From a virus (taxonomy: Duplodnaviria > Caudoviricetes): DNA of 64,000 nt. The notes under the pieces are model-generated. The model saw only the letters and a list, made by a program, of their open reading frames with translations, had not been told where the DNA came from and searched no databases. This document shows positions 1 to 8,507 of the stretch, piece after piece (positions within the stretch are counted from its first letter, which is position 1; each line of letters starts with the position of its first letter). The stretch covers positions 1-64,000 of the IMG/VR virus record IMGVR_UViG_3300010352_000284. One strand, 5' to 3'. The position numbers and the translations under genes are program-made.

Positions 1-148
1 TGGGTCTTCTAGACCCATCTGCCCCGAGTTCCGGGGTGAGTAACGCTGGTGGAGATGAGAGGTTACAGTTTCTTTTGAAACAGTGCTCGTCGATGAATCC
101 AGAAGTCTGTAGTGGTCCATTGAAAAATACGACTACGAATGATTGAAC
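1..148 (+). mobile_element. tnpB: 3' end and right end of an IS200/IS605-family (tnpB) element, truncated by the window edge
   Basis: The frame is open from base 3 to TGA 144-146 and reads ...SNAGGDERLQFLLKQCSSMNPEV..., like TnpB C-terminal tails (xACGE...SxKQE). The DNA ACGCTGGTGGAGAT...TCGATGAATCCAGAA parallels the typical tnpB 3' signature ACGCCTGTGGAGA...TCGATGAAGCAGGAA. A subterminal hairpin GTAGT(109-113)/ACTAC(132-136) is present. The exact right end is uncertain by a few nt. Confidence 0.7.
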
Positions 149-168
149 TGATAAAGAATACAAAGCTG
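20..168 (+). ncRNA. Putative TnpB omegaRNA scaffold plus flank-derived guide (~149-168)
   Basis: Nested pairings seen directly: CTGG(46-49)/CCAG(99-102), GATGAG(54-59)/CTCGTC(86-91) with internal loop TGGA/GATGAAT, GTTTC(68-72)/GAAAC(77-81), GCCCCG/CGGGGT(21-37). RNA boundaries are inferred. Confidence 0.6.
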
Positions 169-710
169 AATATAATATTAAAAATAATGACCGTCTTAAA
201 AAACAAAAGAAGGAAAGATATAATAAAATAAAAAATACTCCTGAATATAAAGATAAACAAAAACAATATGCAGAAAATAATAAAGAATATACAAATTTTT
301 ATCATAAATTTCGAAGAGAGACAGATGAACACTATAGGATTGTAACAATTCTTCGTGGTAGTTTATTAAAGTTTCTGAAAGGTTCGAAAATAAAACATGC
401 TAAAGAATACGGTATTGATTATGAGGCTATAATAAAGCACATTGGGGGAGCACCTAAAGATGGATTAAAATATGATGTTGACCACATTATTCCTTGTGAT
501 GCTTTTGATTTTACCAATGAAGAGCATATTAAGCTTTGTTATCATCCTACAAATCTTAGGTGGTTTGAGCATAAGAAAAATTGTGCTAAAGGCGGCAAAA
601 TCATTCCAAAGTTAATAAATCATTTCAATCTTAGTTGGATTTGTGATAAGATAAAATTGGATTTGACCAAGCATGTAGAAATGGATGTTTATTTTGAGGA
701 GTTTAAGTAA
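147..710 (+). pseudogene. HNH endonuclease lacking its 5' end and start codon (interrupted by the tnpB element); not in the ORF track
   Basis: Manual translation from 147: TDKEYKAEY...EYGIDYEAIIKHIGGAPKDGLKYDVDHIIPCDAFDFTNEEHIKLCYHPTNLRWFEHKKNCAKGGKII...EEFK*. Clearly paralogous to the C-terminal part of 4719..5864. No in-frame ATG until the last few codons. Confidence 0.85.
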
Positions 711-764
711 TAGATTTTATGGTAAAGAAAATATCAATAAATAATTTTAGTAGGAGAATATGAT

Positions 765-1016
765 ATGCAGACGGTATATATTAAATCTGATGAGATGCCA
801 GATTTAGGATTTATTTTCAAAAGGAGAGTAAATTCGGGTGCTAATATGCTTTGTAAGAATAAGACATATGTAGACAAGCCATATACAATGATAATGAGTG
901 ATAATCGTATTTTTATTCTATCGTCATCTGGGAAAATAATAATGGAGATACCAAGAGGTGAATACACTTCTGATAATATAGACATGGTATATTTTTCAGA
1001 TATCGAAACGACATGA
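765..1016 (+). CDS. Hypothetical protein (83 aa)
   Basis: ORF preceded by AGGAG; no recognised motif. Confidence 0.7.
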   Translation: MQTVYIKSDEMPDLGFIFKRRVNSGANMLCKNKTYVDKPYTMIMSDNRIFILSSSGKIIMEIPRGEYTSDNIDMVYFSDIETT

Positions 1017-1019
1017 AAA

Positions 1020-1901
1020 ATGAGAAATATTATGTCTTCGGAAACGGCTTGGATTCTTTTTCTAGCGTCGTCGGAATTAGATGCTGAGCAGAGATTTATT
1101 AAAGATTTAGCATATGGTGTATTTTGTTTAGAAGCCGCAGGAATATCGCATTCGAATATTTTCATTTATATAGATGGGCAAGATAGAAACGTAATACGGC
1201 AAATTATTTCAACAGGAACTAATAATTTATATAATATCAAAATAACAGATGAATTTTTTATTGATATGAAATCTATAACACATAAGAATGTTGTAATGTT
1301 TGTTACGGGTCATGGTAATTTGAAAGGTATTGATGCTTCACCAGAAATATCACCAACAAAACTCGTTAATAGTTTGAAGACCTCACCAAATTTTGAATGT
1401 GGAATAATTTATCTTGGACAATGTTACGCTGGTGTATTTAACTACATAAATGTTAAAACTGAAGAACCAAAATCCGATATTATAATGGTTGGAGCGACAA
1501 ATTTACATAGTAGTATTAGTTCTCCTACACAAAAAAGTATGTTAAACAGTGTACGAATTCCTTGGGTAGCTAATTTATTTTTGTTGAATATATTTGAATG
1601 GTTTGGTTCACCACATGATTTGGATGGAGATGGGTATAATAGTATTGTTGATTCTTATAAATATGCTGGCGGAATGACTCACAAATACATAAATGAAATT
1701 AAAGGGGATTGTCATCAAAGACTCAAGAGAATAGAACAGACAATAGATTCTCTTGAGATTGTTTCAAATGATACTACACTCACAGTTGCCAAAGAAATAA
1801 TTGAGACGAAAAAAGAAAAAGAATTAATGTTGCAGATATTATACAATCATCAAGAAAGTTGGATATTAAATGCAATTCCAGGACAGAACATAATCATATA
1901 A
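1020..1901 (+). CDS. Clan CD cysteine peptidase, C13 (legumain/GPI8)-like
   Basis: N-terminal WILFLASS..RF..DL..G...GI..SNI; His-Gly in MFVTGHG; catalytic Cys in IYLGQCYAG; DLDGDGYNS Ca-binding-like motif. Confidence 0.75.
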   Translation: MRNIMSSETAWILFLASSELDAEQRFIKDLAYGVFCLEAAGISHSNIFIYIDGQDRNVIRQIISTGTNNLYNIKITDEFFIDMKSITHKNVVMFVTGHGNLKGIDASPEISPTKLVNSLKTSPNFECGIIYLGQCYAGVFNYINVKTEEPKSDIIMVGATNLHSSISSPTQKSMLNSVRIPWVANLFLLNIFEWFGSPHDLDGDGYNSIVDSYKYAGGMTHKYINEIKGDCHQRLKRIEQTIDSLEIVSNDTTLTVAKEIIETKKEKELMLQILYNHQESWILNAIPGQNIII

Positions 1902-1944
1902 AATAAACAACACTCCAGGAATAATATCTTGGAGTTTTCTTTTA

Positions 1945-1950
1945 TAAATA
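1945..1950 (+). promoter_or_regulatory. T4-type late promoter (TATAAATA 1943-1950) 5 nt before ATG 1956
   Basis: TATAAATA-ACTAT-ATG; another TATAAATA at 1897-1904. Confidence 0.65.
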
Positions 1951-1955
1951 ACTAT

Positions 1956-2270
1956 ATGTATGACGAAAAGGCAGACAGATATATTCCCACGCAATCTGAG
2001 CGGAGAGCGTTTGGTCGGGTTTCTAATAATTACAATCCATCTTCGAACAAAGTACATAGAGAGTTATTGAAGCAGTTATATAATATTTCCAACCATCTTT
2101 CTGAGCGTTCTAGGAAGTTATTTTACGATATTATTTGGGATTGCTATGCTGAGAAATATTCTGTTCCATCTGTTTGTTATTCTTATGTTTTATCTAGATT
2201 GAGTGACAAGTTTTACCCATCTGAGATTGAGTTGATTCGGAAAAAGATAGAAGAGTTGAAGAATAAATAA
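1956..2270 (+). CDS. Hypothetical protein (start revised to ATG 1956)
   Basis: ORF track 1929..2270; the internal ATG follows a late-promoter motif. Confidence 0.65.
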   Translation: MYDEKADRYIPTQSERRAFGRVSNNYNPSSNKVHRELLKQLYNISNHLSERSRKLFYDIIWDCYAEKYSVPSVCYSYVLSRLSDKFYPSEIELIRKKIEELKNK

Positions 2271-2290
2271 AAGAAAACGAAAGGTTACAT

Positions 2291-2710
2291 ATGTTGTATG
2301 AGAGTCGGTGGATAGAGCCTCTTGAGTTCCGGAATGCGATGACTGGAGAGGTGAAGGTTGTGGTGTATGGAGGAGTGATAGAGCTTCCTGAATCTGTTGG
2401 TCGTTTGTATCCTAATTATCTAAAGCAAGTTTCCATGACATTGCCGGAAGAGGTTGTGATAGAGGACATTCAGAGTGAGATTGTGAAAGATTTCAACGGC
2501 ACTTCTGAGAGGCAAATTCAGAAAGAGGATGAGATTGGGAAATTGATTCTTGACGGTGAGGAAAAGAAGACTGAGAAGGTGAAGAAAGCTGGACGACCTA
2601 GAGTTTGGGGAAAAGATGTTCCGAACGCTGACAAGAGATTTTATCAACGGAAGGCAAAGAAGGAGAGAGAGCAGAAGTTCAAGGATTTGGGAATGGGAGA
2701 TGCTGAGTGA
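2291..2710 (+). CDS. Hypothetical protein (139 aa)
   Basis: GAAAGG SD before ATG; basic C-terminus. Confidence 0.7.
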   Translation: MLYESRWIEPLEFRNAMTGEVKVVVYGGVIELPESVGRLYPNYLKQVSMTLPEEVVIEDIQSEIVKDFNGTSERQIQKEDEIGKLILDGEEKKTEKVKKAGRPRVWGKDVPNADKRFYQRKAKKEREQKFKDLGMGDAE

Positions 2711-3903
2711 GTCTAAAGAAATTCGTGAACAAGGAAGATAATTATTCTATAAGACTGATGAATGGTGATTGCCTTGAGAAATTGAAAGAACTGGAAGACA
2801 ACAGCATAGATTCAATAGTTACAGATCCTCCATATGGTTTGAGTTTTATGGGAAAGAAATGGGATTATGATGTTCCGAGTGTTGAAATTTGGAAGGAGTG
2901 TTTTCGTGTCTTGAAGCCAGGAGGACATCTTTTAGCATTTGCCGGAACGAGGACACAACATCGAATGGCCGTCAAGATAGAAGACGCTGGATTTGAAATT
3001 CGAGACATGATTGCTTGGGTTTATGGAAGTGGTTGGCCTAAGTCAATGGATGTTTCAAAAGCAATTGACAAGCATTTTGGCGCAGAGAGAACAGAAGGTG
3101 AAAGAGTTTGGCAAGGTGGTAAACGATCTGGTGGCATCATTAAAGATGATGAAACTAAAACAACCTCTGAACGAACCATTTTTGACACTCCAGCAACAGA
3201 AGAAGCAAAACAATGGAGTGGATGGGGAACCGCGCTAAAGCCAAGCATGGAACCAATCACTGTTGCAAGGAAACCATTGGAAGAAGGCACTGTTGCTCAG
3301 AATGTTTTGAAATTTGGCACAGGAGGATTGAATATAGATGAATGTCGCGTTTCGTTAAATGGAGAAACCCCATACTCATATCCAAATGGACGTGGTGGCA
3401 CAGGATGTTTCAAAAAAAAGAGCCTCGAATCAAATTTAGAAACACCAATTCAAGGAAATGAAAATGGCAGATTTCCGGCAAATTTAATTCATGATGGTTC
3501 TGAAGAAGTGGTTGAATTATTTCCAAATACCGGCAAATCAGGAATCGCAGTTCAAAGAAATGGTGGAGGCCAGAAACTTGGAGGCAATGGAATATGTGGC
3601 GGCTCTAAAGGATTGATTCGAGATGATGTTGGATATTCTGATGCTGGCTCTGCGTCTCGTTTCTTTTATTGCGCCAAAGCTTCCCAAAAAGACAGAGAAG
3701 AAGGAAACAATCATCCAACAGTCAAACCAACAGACCTAATGAAATATCTTTGCCGCCTTGTCACTCCTAAAAATGGAACAGTGCTCGATCCTTTCATGGG
3801 TTCTGGGTCAACAGGAAAAGCAGCAATTTCTGAAGGGTTTGGATTTGTTGGAATAGAAAGAGACGAAGCCTATTTCAAAATCGCCCAGAATAGAATCGGA
3901 TAA
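2707..3903 (+). CDS. Site-specific DNA methyltransferase (N6-A/N4-C, beta class)
   Basis: IVTDPPY catalytic motif near the N-terminus; HPTVKP and VLDPFMGSGSTG SAM-binding motif at the C-terminus. Confidence 0.92.
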   Translation: MSLKKFVNKEDNYSIRLMNGDCLEKLKELEDNSIDSIVTDPPYGLSFMGKKWDYDVPSVEIWKECFRVLKPGGHLLAFAGTRTQHRMAVKIEDAGFEIRDMIAWVYGSGWPKSMDVSKAIDKHFGAERTEGERVWQGGKRSGGIIKDDETKTTSERTIFDTPATEEAKQWSGWGTALKPSMEPITVARKPLEEGTVAQNVLKFGTGGLNIDECRVSLNGETPYSYPNGRGGTGCFKKKSLESNLETPIQGNENGRFPANLIHDGSEEVVELFPNTGKSGIAVQRNGGGQKLGGNGICGGSKGLIRDDVGYSDAGSASRFFYCAKASQKDREEGNNHPTVKPTDLMKYLCRLVTPKNGTVLDPFMGSGSTGKAAISEGFGFVGIERDEAYFKIAQNRIG

Positions 3904-3925
3904 ATAATAACAGAGGTAACTTTCA

Positions 3926-4684
3926 ATGGGCCAAATCACGAGCGAACTTAGTTTTATTAATTATCTGAAATTGATGATGGGTAATCCTGTCGTAAACGTT
4001 GAAGTGGCCGATGAACAGTTCTCTCAGTGTATATATGATTCTATTCAATTATTCCAACGATATCATTATGGTGAAGGTAATGTTAGAGATGTTTTAACAA
4101 TTTCTCTAAGTGCTGGAACATCTGCTTATCAATTACCAGAAGATATTGATTCTGTACTTGATATAAAATTGAGTCAAGGTCTGAATAATATAAACACATT
4201 ATTTACTCCTCAACACACACTTTTGTACTCGGATTGGGTTAATGGCATGTATCCGGGAGGACAAGGTGCTGCTGGTGGTGCGGCTGGACTTGGTGGAGCA
4301 ATGGCGGTTGGTAATTATTATATCCAAATGATGTATTTAACAGAGATTGAAGATATATTTACAAGAAAATACGTCTGTGATTTGAATTCGAATAATAAAA
4401 TAATGACAGTTAAACCAACACCAAATGTTGATACTACTGGAATTATAATGGTGTATAGAACAGAAAGTGCAATAAATCTTTATAATCATCCATTAGTGAA
4501 AAGATTGGCCTTGGCAAAAGCTAGACAATTACATGCCTGGCACCTCCAAAAATACAACATTTCGATTCCTTCCGGCGCAACATTGAATGCTAGTGAATTG
4601 ATGAGTCGTGCTGTTGAAGAAGAGAAACAAGTTTTGGCGGATATTGTTGCCGAATCAGAACCTCCGATCTTTATTTGTGGATAG
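3926..4684 (+). CDS. gp13: Neck protein, T4 gp13-like
   Basis: LG(MG)NPVVNVEVADEQ..CI...IQ.FQRYHY motif; WHLQKYN.IP.GATLNA C-terminus; position upstream of gp14. Confidence 0.85.
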   Translation: MGQITSELSFINYLKLMMGNPVVNVEVADEQFSQCIYDSIQLFQRYHYGEGNVRDVLTISLSAGTSAYQLPEDIDSVLDIKLSQGLNNINTLFTPQHTLLYSDWVNGMYPGGQGAAGGAAGLGGAMAVGNYYIQMMYLTEIEDIFTRKYVCDLNSNNKIMTVKPTPNVDTTGIIMVYRTESAINLYNHPLVKRLALAKARQLHAWHLQKYNISIPSGATLNASELMSRAVEEEKQVLADIVAESEPPIFICG

Positions 4685-4718
4685 ATGAATTTAATAATTT
4701 AGAAAGGTATTTTGTGTA

Positions 4719-5864
4719 ATGTGCAAGCATGAATTATATTCAGTAATAAATGGAAAAAAGATTTGCTATACTTGTTTAATTGAAAAAGATACTTCGGAAT
4801 TTAATAAAAGAAAAACAACTAAAGGATTCTCTTATAGAAGTGAGTGTTCTGATTGTGAGAAGAAAATGCTTAATACGAAATACGAAACTGATAAATTAAA
4901 ACCAACATACGTCGAAACAGATTTAAACAAACAAAAAACTTGTATTAAATGTGGCGAAGTTAAAAATATTTCTGAATTTTCGTTAGCTAATAAAAAGACT
5001 GGAAGTTATTATAATTCTTGTAAATGTTGTAGAGCAAAAGAATCTAGTATATATTCTAAAAATAGGCGTATACGAAAATCTAAAGAAGAAAAAATAAAAA
5101 TAGAATATAAACAATGTAATACGTGTGGTCAGATAAAAAGTATAATAGAATTTAATAAAAATACATGTTCGAATGATGGTTTTAAAAATATCTGTGTTTG
5201 TTGTGAGAAGGCATATCGTTCAAACTATAATATATTAAATAAAGAAAGAAAACAAAAATATAATGATGAATATAAAGTTAAAAACAAAGATATTATAAAA
5301 CAAAAACAAAAACTTCGACGTGATACGGAAGAACACAAAATGTACCAAAAAGAATATCGCAAGAAAAATAAAGAACGATTAAGAGAACAACATAGAGAGT
5401 ATGAAAGAAATAATAAACAACGATTATCTGAACAACGAAGAAAAAATGAAAAACGTAGATTAGAAGAAAATAAGCAATACAAATTATACAAAACTATAAA
5501 ATGTAATTTATTTTACGCTTTTAGGAATTATTCTAAAAACGGCAAAATAAATTCCTGTTCCGAATATGGTATTGATTTTTCGGCAATATACAACAAAATT
5601 GGCCCTCGTCCTCATAAAGATTTTCAACTTGACCACATTATCCCTGTTCGTGCTTTTAATTTCGATGACCCTGAACATGTAAGATTGTCCCACATTCCTG
5701 AAAATCTTCGTTGGATACATAAAGACGAGAATAATGCTAAGAAAGACAAAATCATTTGGTCTCTTATTTCTTCGTCTCCAGAGTTACTTTCCGTTGCTAA
5801 TAGTCTCCATCTTTCTGAATATCATGATAATATGAATGCTGCCGATATTTTTAATTATCTTTGA
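4719..5864 (+). CDS. Free-standing HNH homing endonuclease with three Zn-ribbon repeats
   Basis: Three CxxC..K...EF...CxxC repeats, a charged helical linker, and DHIIP...ENLRW.....N.AK HNH motif; low GC; lies between gp13 and gp14. Confidence 0.88.
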   Translation: MCKHELYSVINGKKICYTCLIEKDTSEFNKRKTTKGFSYRSECSDCEKKMLNTKYETDKLKPTYVETDLNKQKTCIKCGEVKNISEFSLANKKTGSYYNSCKCCRAKESSIYSKNRRIRKSKEEKIKIEYKQCNTCGQIKSIIEFNKNTCSNDGFKNICVCCEKAYRSNYNILNKERKQKYNDEYKVKNKDIIKQKQKLRRDTEEHKMYQKEYRKKNKERLREQHREYERNNKQRLSEQRRKNEKRRLEENKQYKLYKTIKCNLFYAFRNYSKNGKINSCSEYGIDFSAIYNKIGPRPHKDFQLDHIIPVRAFNFDDPEHVRLSHIPENLRWIHKDENNAKKDKIIWSLISSSPELLSVANSLHLSEYHDNMNAADIFNYL

Positions 5865-5870
5865 CGTTCA

Positions 5871-5876
5871 TAAATA
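5871..5876 (+). promoter_or_regulatory. Late promoter TAAATA 5 nt before ATG 5882
   Basis: TAAATA-ACAGT-ATG. Confidence 0.65.
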
Positions 5877-5881
5877 ACAGT

Positions 5882-6553
5882 ATGGGAAATTTTGATTCAT
5901 TTTCTAAGTTCAATTCAGGTCCATGGTTCGATCATTATTCATCGGCGTATAATAATGAGAGAAAGCTTTATGATTTATTACTTACAGAGGCATACAATCT
6001 TCATGGTGTATGTTCGCGATGGTATCCTATTTCTGTAGACACTGATTATGACAGGATATTTGGAGAGGACAACAACCGGACGATTTTGAATTCGTTTCCC
6101 ATCATGGCTTATTTTGACCTTCCTCGAGAAACGAAGCAATTTTCCACTCAGGGTCAGCTTTGGATTGACAAGTTCCACATTTTCATTTCAAAAAAACACT
6201 TTGCTGCTGCTTGTGCTCTTTATACATCTGGATATTTGCCGAAGATTGGAGACATTGTTCGTTCTGATTATAATGATGTTTATTATGAGGTATTATCTGT
6301 AAAGGCTGAGGAGGAGCAATTTCTTCAAGGCAAGCACAGTTGGGATTTGACAGTTCGTGTTTATGTTGATAGGAATTTGAATGTGAATCCTGCGACGAGT
6401 GCTGATATGGGTAGTTTGCCTAATTACACTACTCAAAATGATATATTTAACATTGGTAGTTGGATAAATAACAATAAAGAAACAGTTGAATATCAGCCGG
6501 AGGTTACAGAATGTCCTCCAAATGATCCTTTCAACGATTGGACAAAGAATTGA
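5882..6553 (+). CDS. gp14: Neck/head-closure protein, T4 gp14-like, copy A (start revised to ATG 5882)
   Basis: ER.LYD.L..EAY..HG...W.P....D.IFGED motif; PKIGDIV; QFLQGK. Confidence 0.8.
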   Translation: MGNFDSFSKFNSGPWFDHYSSAYNNERKLYDLLLTEAYNLHGVCSRWYPISVDTDYDRIFGEDNNRTILNSFPIMAYFDLPRETKQFSTQGQLWIDKFHIFISKKHFAAACALYTSGYLPKIGDIVRSDYNDVYYEVLSVKAEEEQFLQGKHSWDLTVRVYVDRNLNVNPATSADMGSLPNYTTQNDIFNIGSWINNNKETVEYQPEVTECPPNDPFNDWTKN

Positions 6554-6557
6554 GGGT

Positions 6558-6833
6558 ATGATGGATTTAGATAGGATTCAAGAACTGATTGCTGAGATTG
6601 CGAAGACTGGTGACAAACAAACCATTCGAAACATTTGTGAGCTTTTGTCTGAGATGAGTCGGTACAAAGGCAAGAGTGAGAAGGGAACTAGGATGGAAGA
6701 GAGTGTTCAAATTCCAAGAAACATTCAAGACCATGTTAGTTTGATTCTTGAAGGTGAAGGAAAATTTGTTCCCAAGAAGGCTGCGGGCTCCGAAAGCATG
6801 AAGATGAGCCACGCTGCTGACATTCTTGGATAG
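6558..6833 (+). CDS. Hypothetical protein, possibly head-associated
   Basis: GAGGG SD before ATG 6558/6561; ORF track 6486..6833. Confidence 0.6.
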   Translation: MMDLDRIQELIAEIAKTGDKQTIRNICELLSEMSRYKGKSEKGTRMEESVQIPRNIQDHVSLILEGEGKFVPKKAAGSESMKMSHAADILG

Positions 6834-6841
6834 GAGAAGAG

Positions 6842-7372
6842 ATGCCAAACTCGATAATTAAATCATTCGCTAAAAAGACTGACAAGACTACAAAAGCAGT
6901 TGAGAAGAAATGGAACATTGCTGAAAAATTGGTGAAGAAGAAGTATGAATTGACCCCAGATGAAGATTCTGACAGGTTTTATGCTCTTGTTGTTGCCGTT
7001 TTGAAGAAGATGCTGAAACTTGATGAACCAAAACCTGTGACAGAAGATGACGGGACAATCACCACAGCAAACATGGGAGATTACAAATTTGCTCAGAGAA
7101 TGGGAGTTGTTCAGCGTCAAAAGCCAGTAACTCAAGATGAATATGAAGTTGCTGAAAAAGAATCTATTGAAAGTCTTGATGCTGTCAAACTAGCCAAGAG
7201 AATCAAGAAGATTGTGGACACTTTGAATGGTGTGAATGAAGGTACAGATATTTTTGATGAATATATTAATTACTTCAAAACAAAATATGATGACCCAGAA
7301 ATCATAGTTGAAAAAGCTATTGAATATATTGAAAAGAAATTGGGAATTGTCAAAGGAGCGATGGACAAATGA
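6842..7372 (+). CDS. Hypothetical protein, possibly head-internal
   Basis: AGGAG SD; N-terminal helical domain MP..IIKSFAKK....VEKKW..A...FYALVV.VLKKM. Confidence 0.7.
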   Translation: MPNSIIKSFAKKTDKTTKAVEKKWNIAEKLVKKKYELTPDEDSDRFYALVVAVLKKMLKLDEPKPVTEDDGTITTANMGDYKFAQRMGVVQRQKPVTQDEYEVAEKESIESLDAVKLAKRIKKIVDTLNGVNEGTDIFDEYINYFKTKYDDPEIIVEKAIEYIEKKLGIVKGAMDK

Positions 7373-7764
7373 AGTTTTCTGAATATTTGACAGAGATTGC
7401 TAAAGATAAAAAAGATTTGAAGATGGAAACAATCCGCCTGTTTGAGTCTGGAAAGAAAATCATAGACAAGGATGTTCATGCTCTTGCTGATGAACTTGGA
7501 GTTGAACATGATGAACTTGAGAACACAATTTATTCAATCATGTCAGCTTTCTTTTCAAATGGGATGTATATGAAGAGTGGGAAAGATGCGAAATTTGATA
7601 AGAAGGAATTGGTGAAAGGAATTAAGGTTGAGATGGAGCATACTGGAGATAAATATATTGCTGAAAGAATTGCTAAAGACCATTTGACAGAGATTCCTGG
7701 AACTGGTAATAATGATGGATATTATTCTCTGCTTGAGAGAATGGAAGCTGAAGCAGAATTATAA
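7369..7764 (+). CDS. DUF5661-like protein
   Basis: GIKVEMEHT...IAERIAKDHL.E.P....YY..L.RME motif; N-terminus MKFSEYLTE. Confidence 0.7.
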   Translation: MKFSEYLTEIAKDKKDLKMETIRLFESGKKIIDKDVHALADELGVEHDELENTIYSIMSAFFSNGMYMKSGKDAKFDKKELVKGIKVEMEHTGDKYIAERIAKDHLTEIPGTGNNDGYYSLLERMEAEAEL

Positions 7765-7767
7765 ATA
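7760..7767 (+). promoter_or_regulatory. T4-type late promoter TATAAATA
   Basis: Exact consensus followed by AGGAG and ATG 7792. Confidence 0.7.
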
Positions 7768-7791
7768 AGAGTATATAGGAGAATTAGCAAC

Positions 7792-8496
7792 ATGGATTTT
7801 AAGGATTTTCTAAGCAAAAATAGACGCGGAATAAATAAGACTCCAGTCTCGAGTAATGTTAATGAAGATGTAGAAAAAGAGGTCATTTCCGAAAATCACG
7901 TTCCGATTTCTTTCAGACAAGAAACTTATATCCAGAAAGAAATCAAGAAGAACAAGAGATACATCGGTGAGGTCGCTGAGCTTCCATCGACTGTAGATTT
8001 TGAAGAAGGAACCTTGGCCCGCAAAGGACAGACCGTATTTATTAAGCAAGATGGATTATGGGAGAGCTTGATTGAAGGAAACACAGTCACAAGAGAAGTG
8101 GTTAAATACGGTGTCCCTGGTGGTGGTTGTGGTGTAAATGAAGTGAAAAATCTTATAACAGAGCAAGCAGCAGGACGACTATTTTTATTAAACGGAACAA
8201 CCGAAACAACTACAAGTGCTACGGTTGTCGATTTAAAATCATTTGACCAATCTTACAATTTTAATATTATTGGTTTAAAAGTTGAAGGCCCAAAAACGGG
8301 AGTTTATTCGGCAGTTGTTAAATTTTATACATATGAAAATAACTCGTTTAAATTAGCTGCGACATCGGTTATAACAAATACAAATAATGTTGATGGTATT
8401 TTATTTTTAAGTGAAAATAAACAATGGGCCGCTGATTTACAGGTTACCTCTGGAATTGTTGAAGCTCCCGGAATTATTGCTAAGGTTGTACTATAA
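7792..8496 (+). CDS. Hypothetical protein, probably virion-associated
   Basis: Late promoter and SD; N-terminus MDFKDFLSK; beta-rich C-terminal domain. Confidence 0.7.
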   Translation: MDFKDFLSKNRRGINKTPVSSNVNEDVEKEVISENHVPISFRQETYIQKEIKKNKRYIGEVAELPSTVDFEEGTLARKGQTVFIKQDGLWESLIEGNTVTREVVKYGVPGGGCGVNEVKNLITEQAAGRLFLLNGTTETTTSATVVDLKSFDQSYNFNIIGLKVEGPKTGVYSAVVKFYTYENNSFKLAATSVITNTNNVDGILFLSENKQWAADLQVTSGIVEAPGIIAKVVL

Positions 8497-8507
8497 AAGG
8501 AATTTAT

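Noticed and set aside
144-146. TGA read-through or alternative genetic code joining the first ORF to the HNH
   Set aside because: TAA, TAG and TGA all terminate well-recognised genes here (gp13 TAG, gp14A TGA, gp26 TGA). An element insertion explains the junction better.
139-231. ATG 139 as the start of the HNH gene
   Set aside because: It is in a different frame and closes after about 30 codons with no SD; it overlaps the presumed element end.
4685-5881. HNH as part of a group I intron splitting a neck gene
   Set aside because: gp13 and gp14A both look complete, and there is no room for intron core structure around the HNH ORF.
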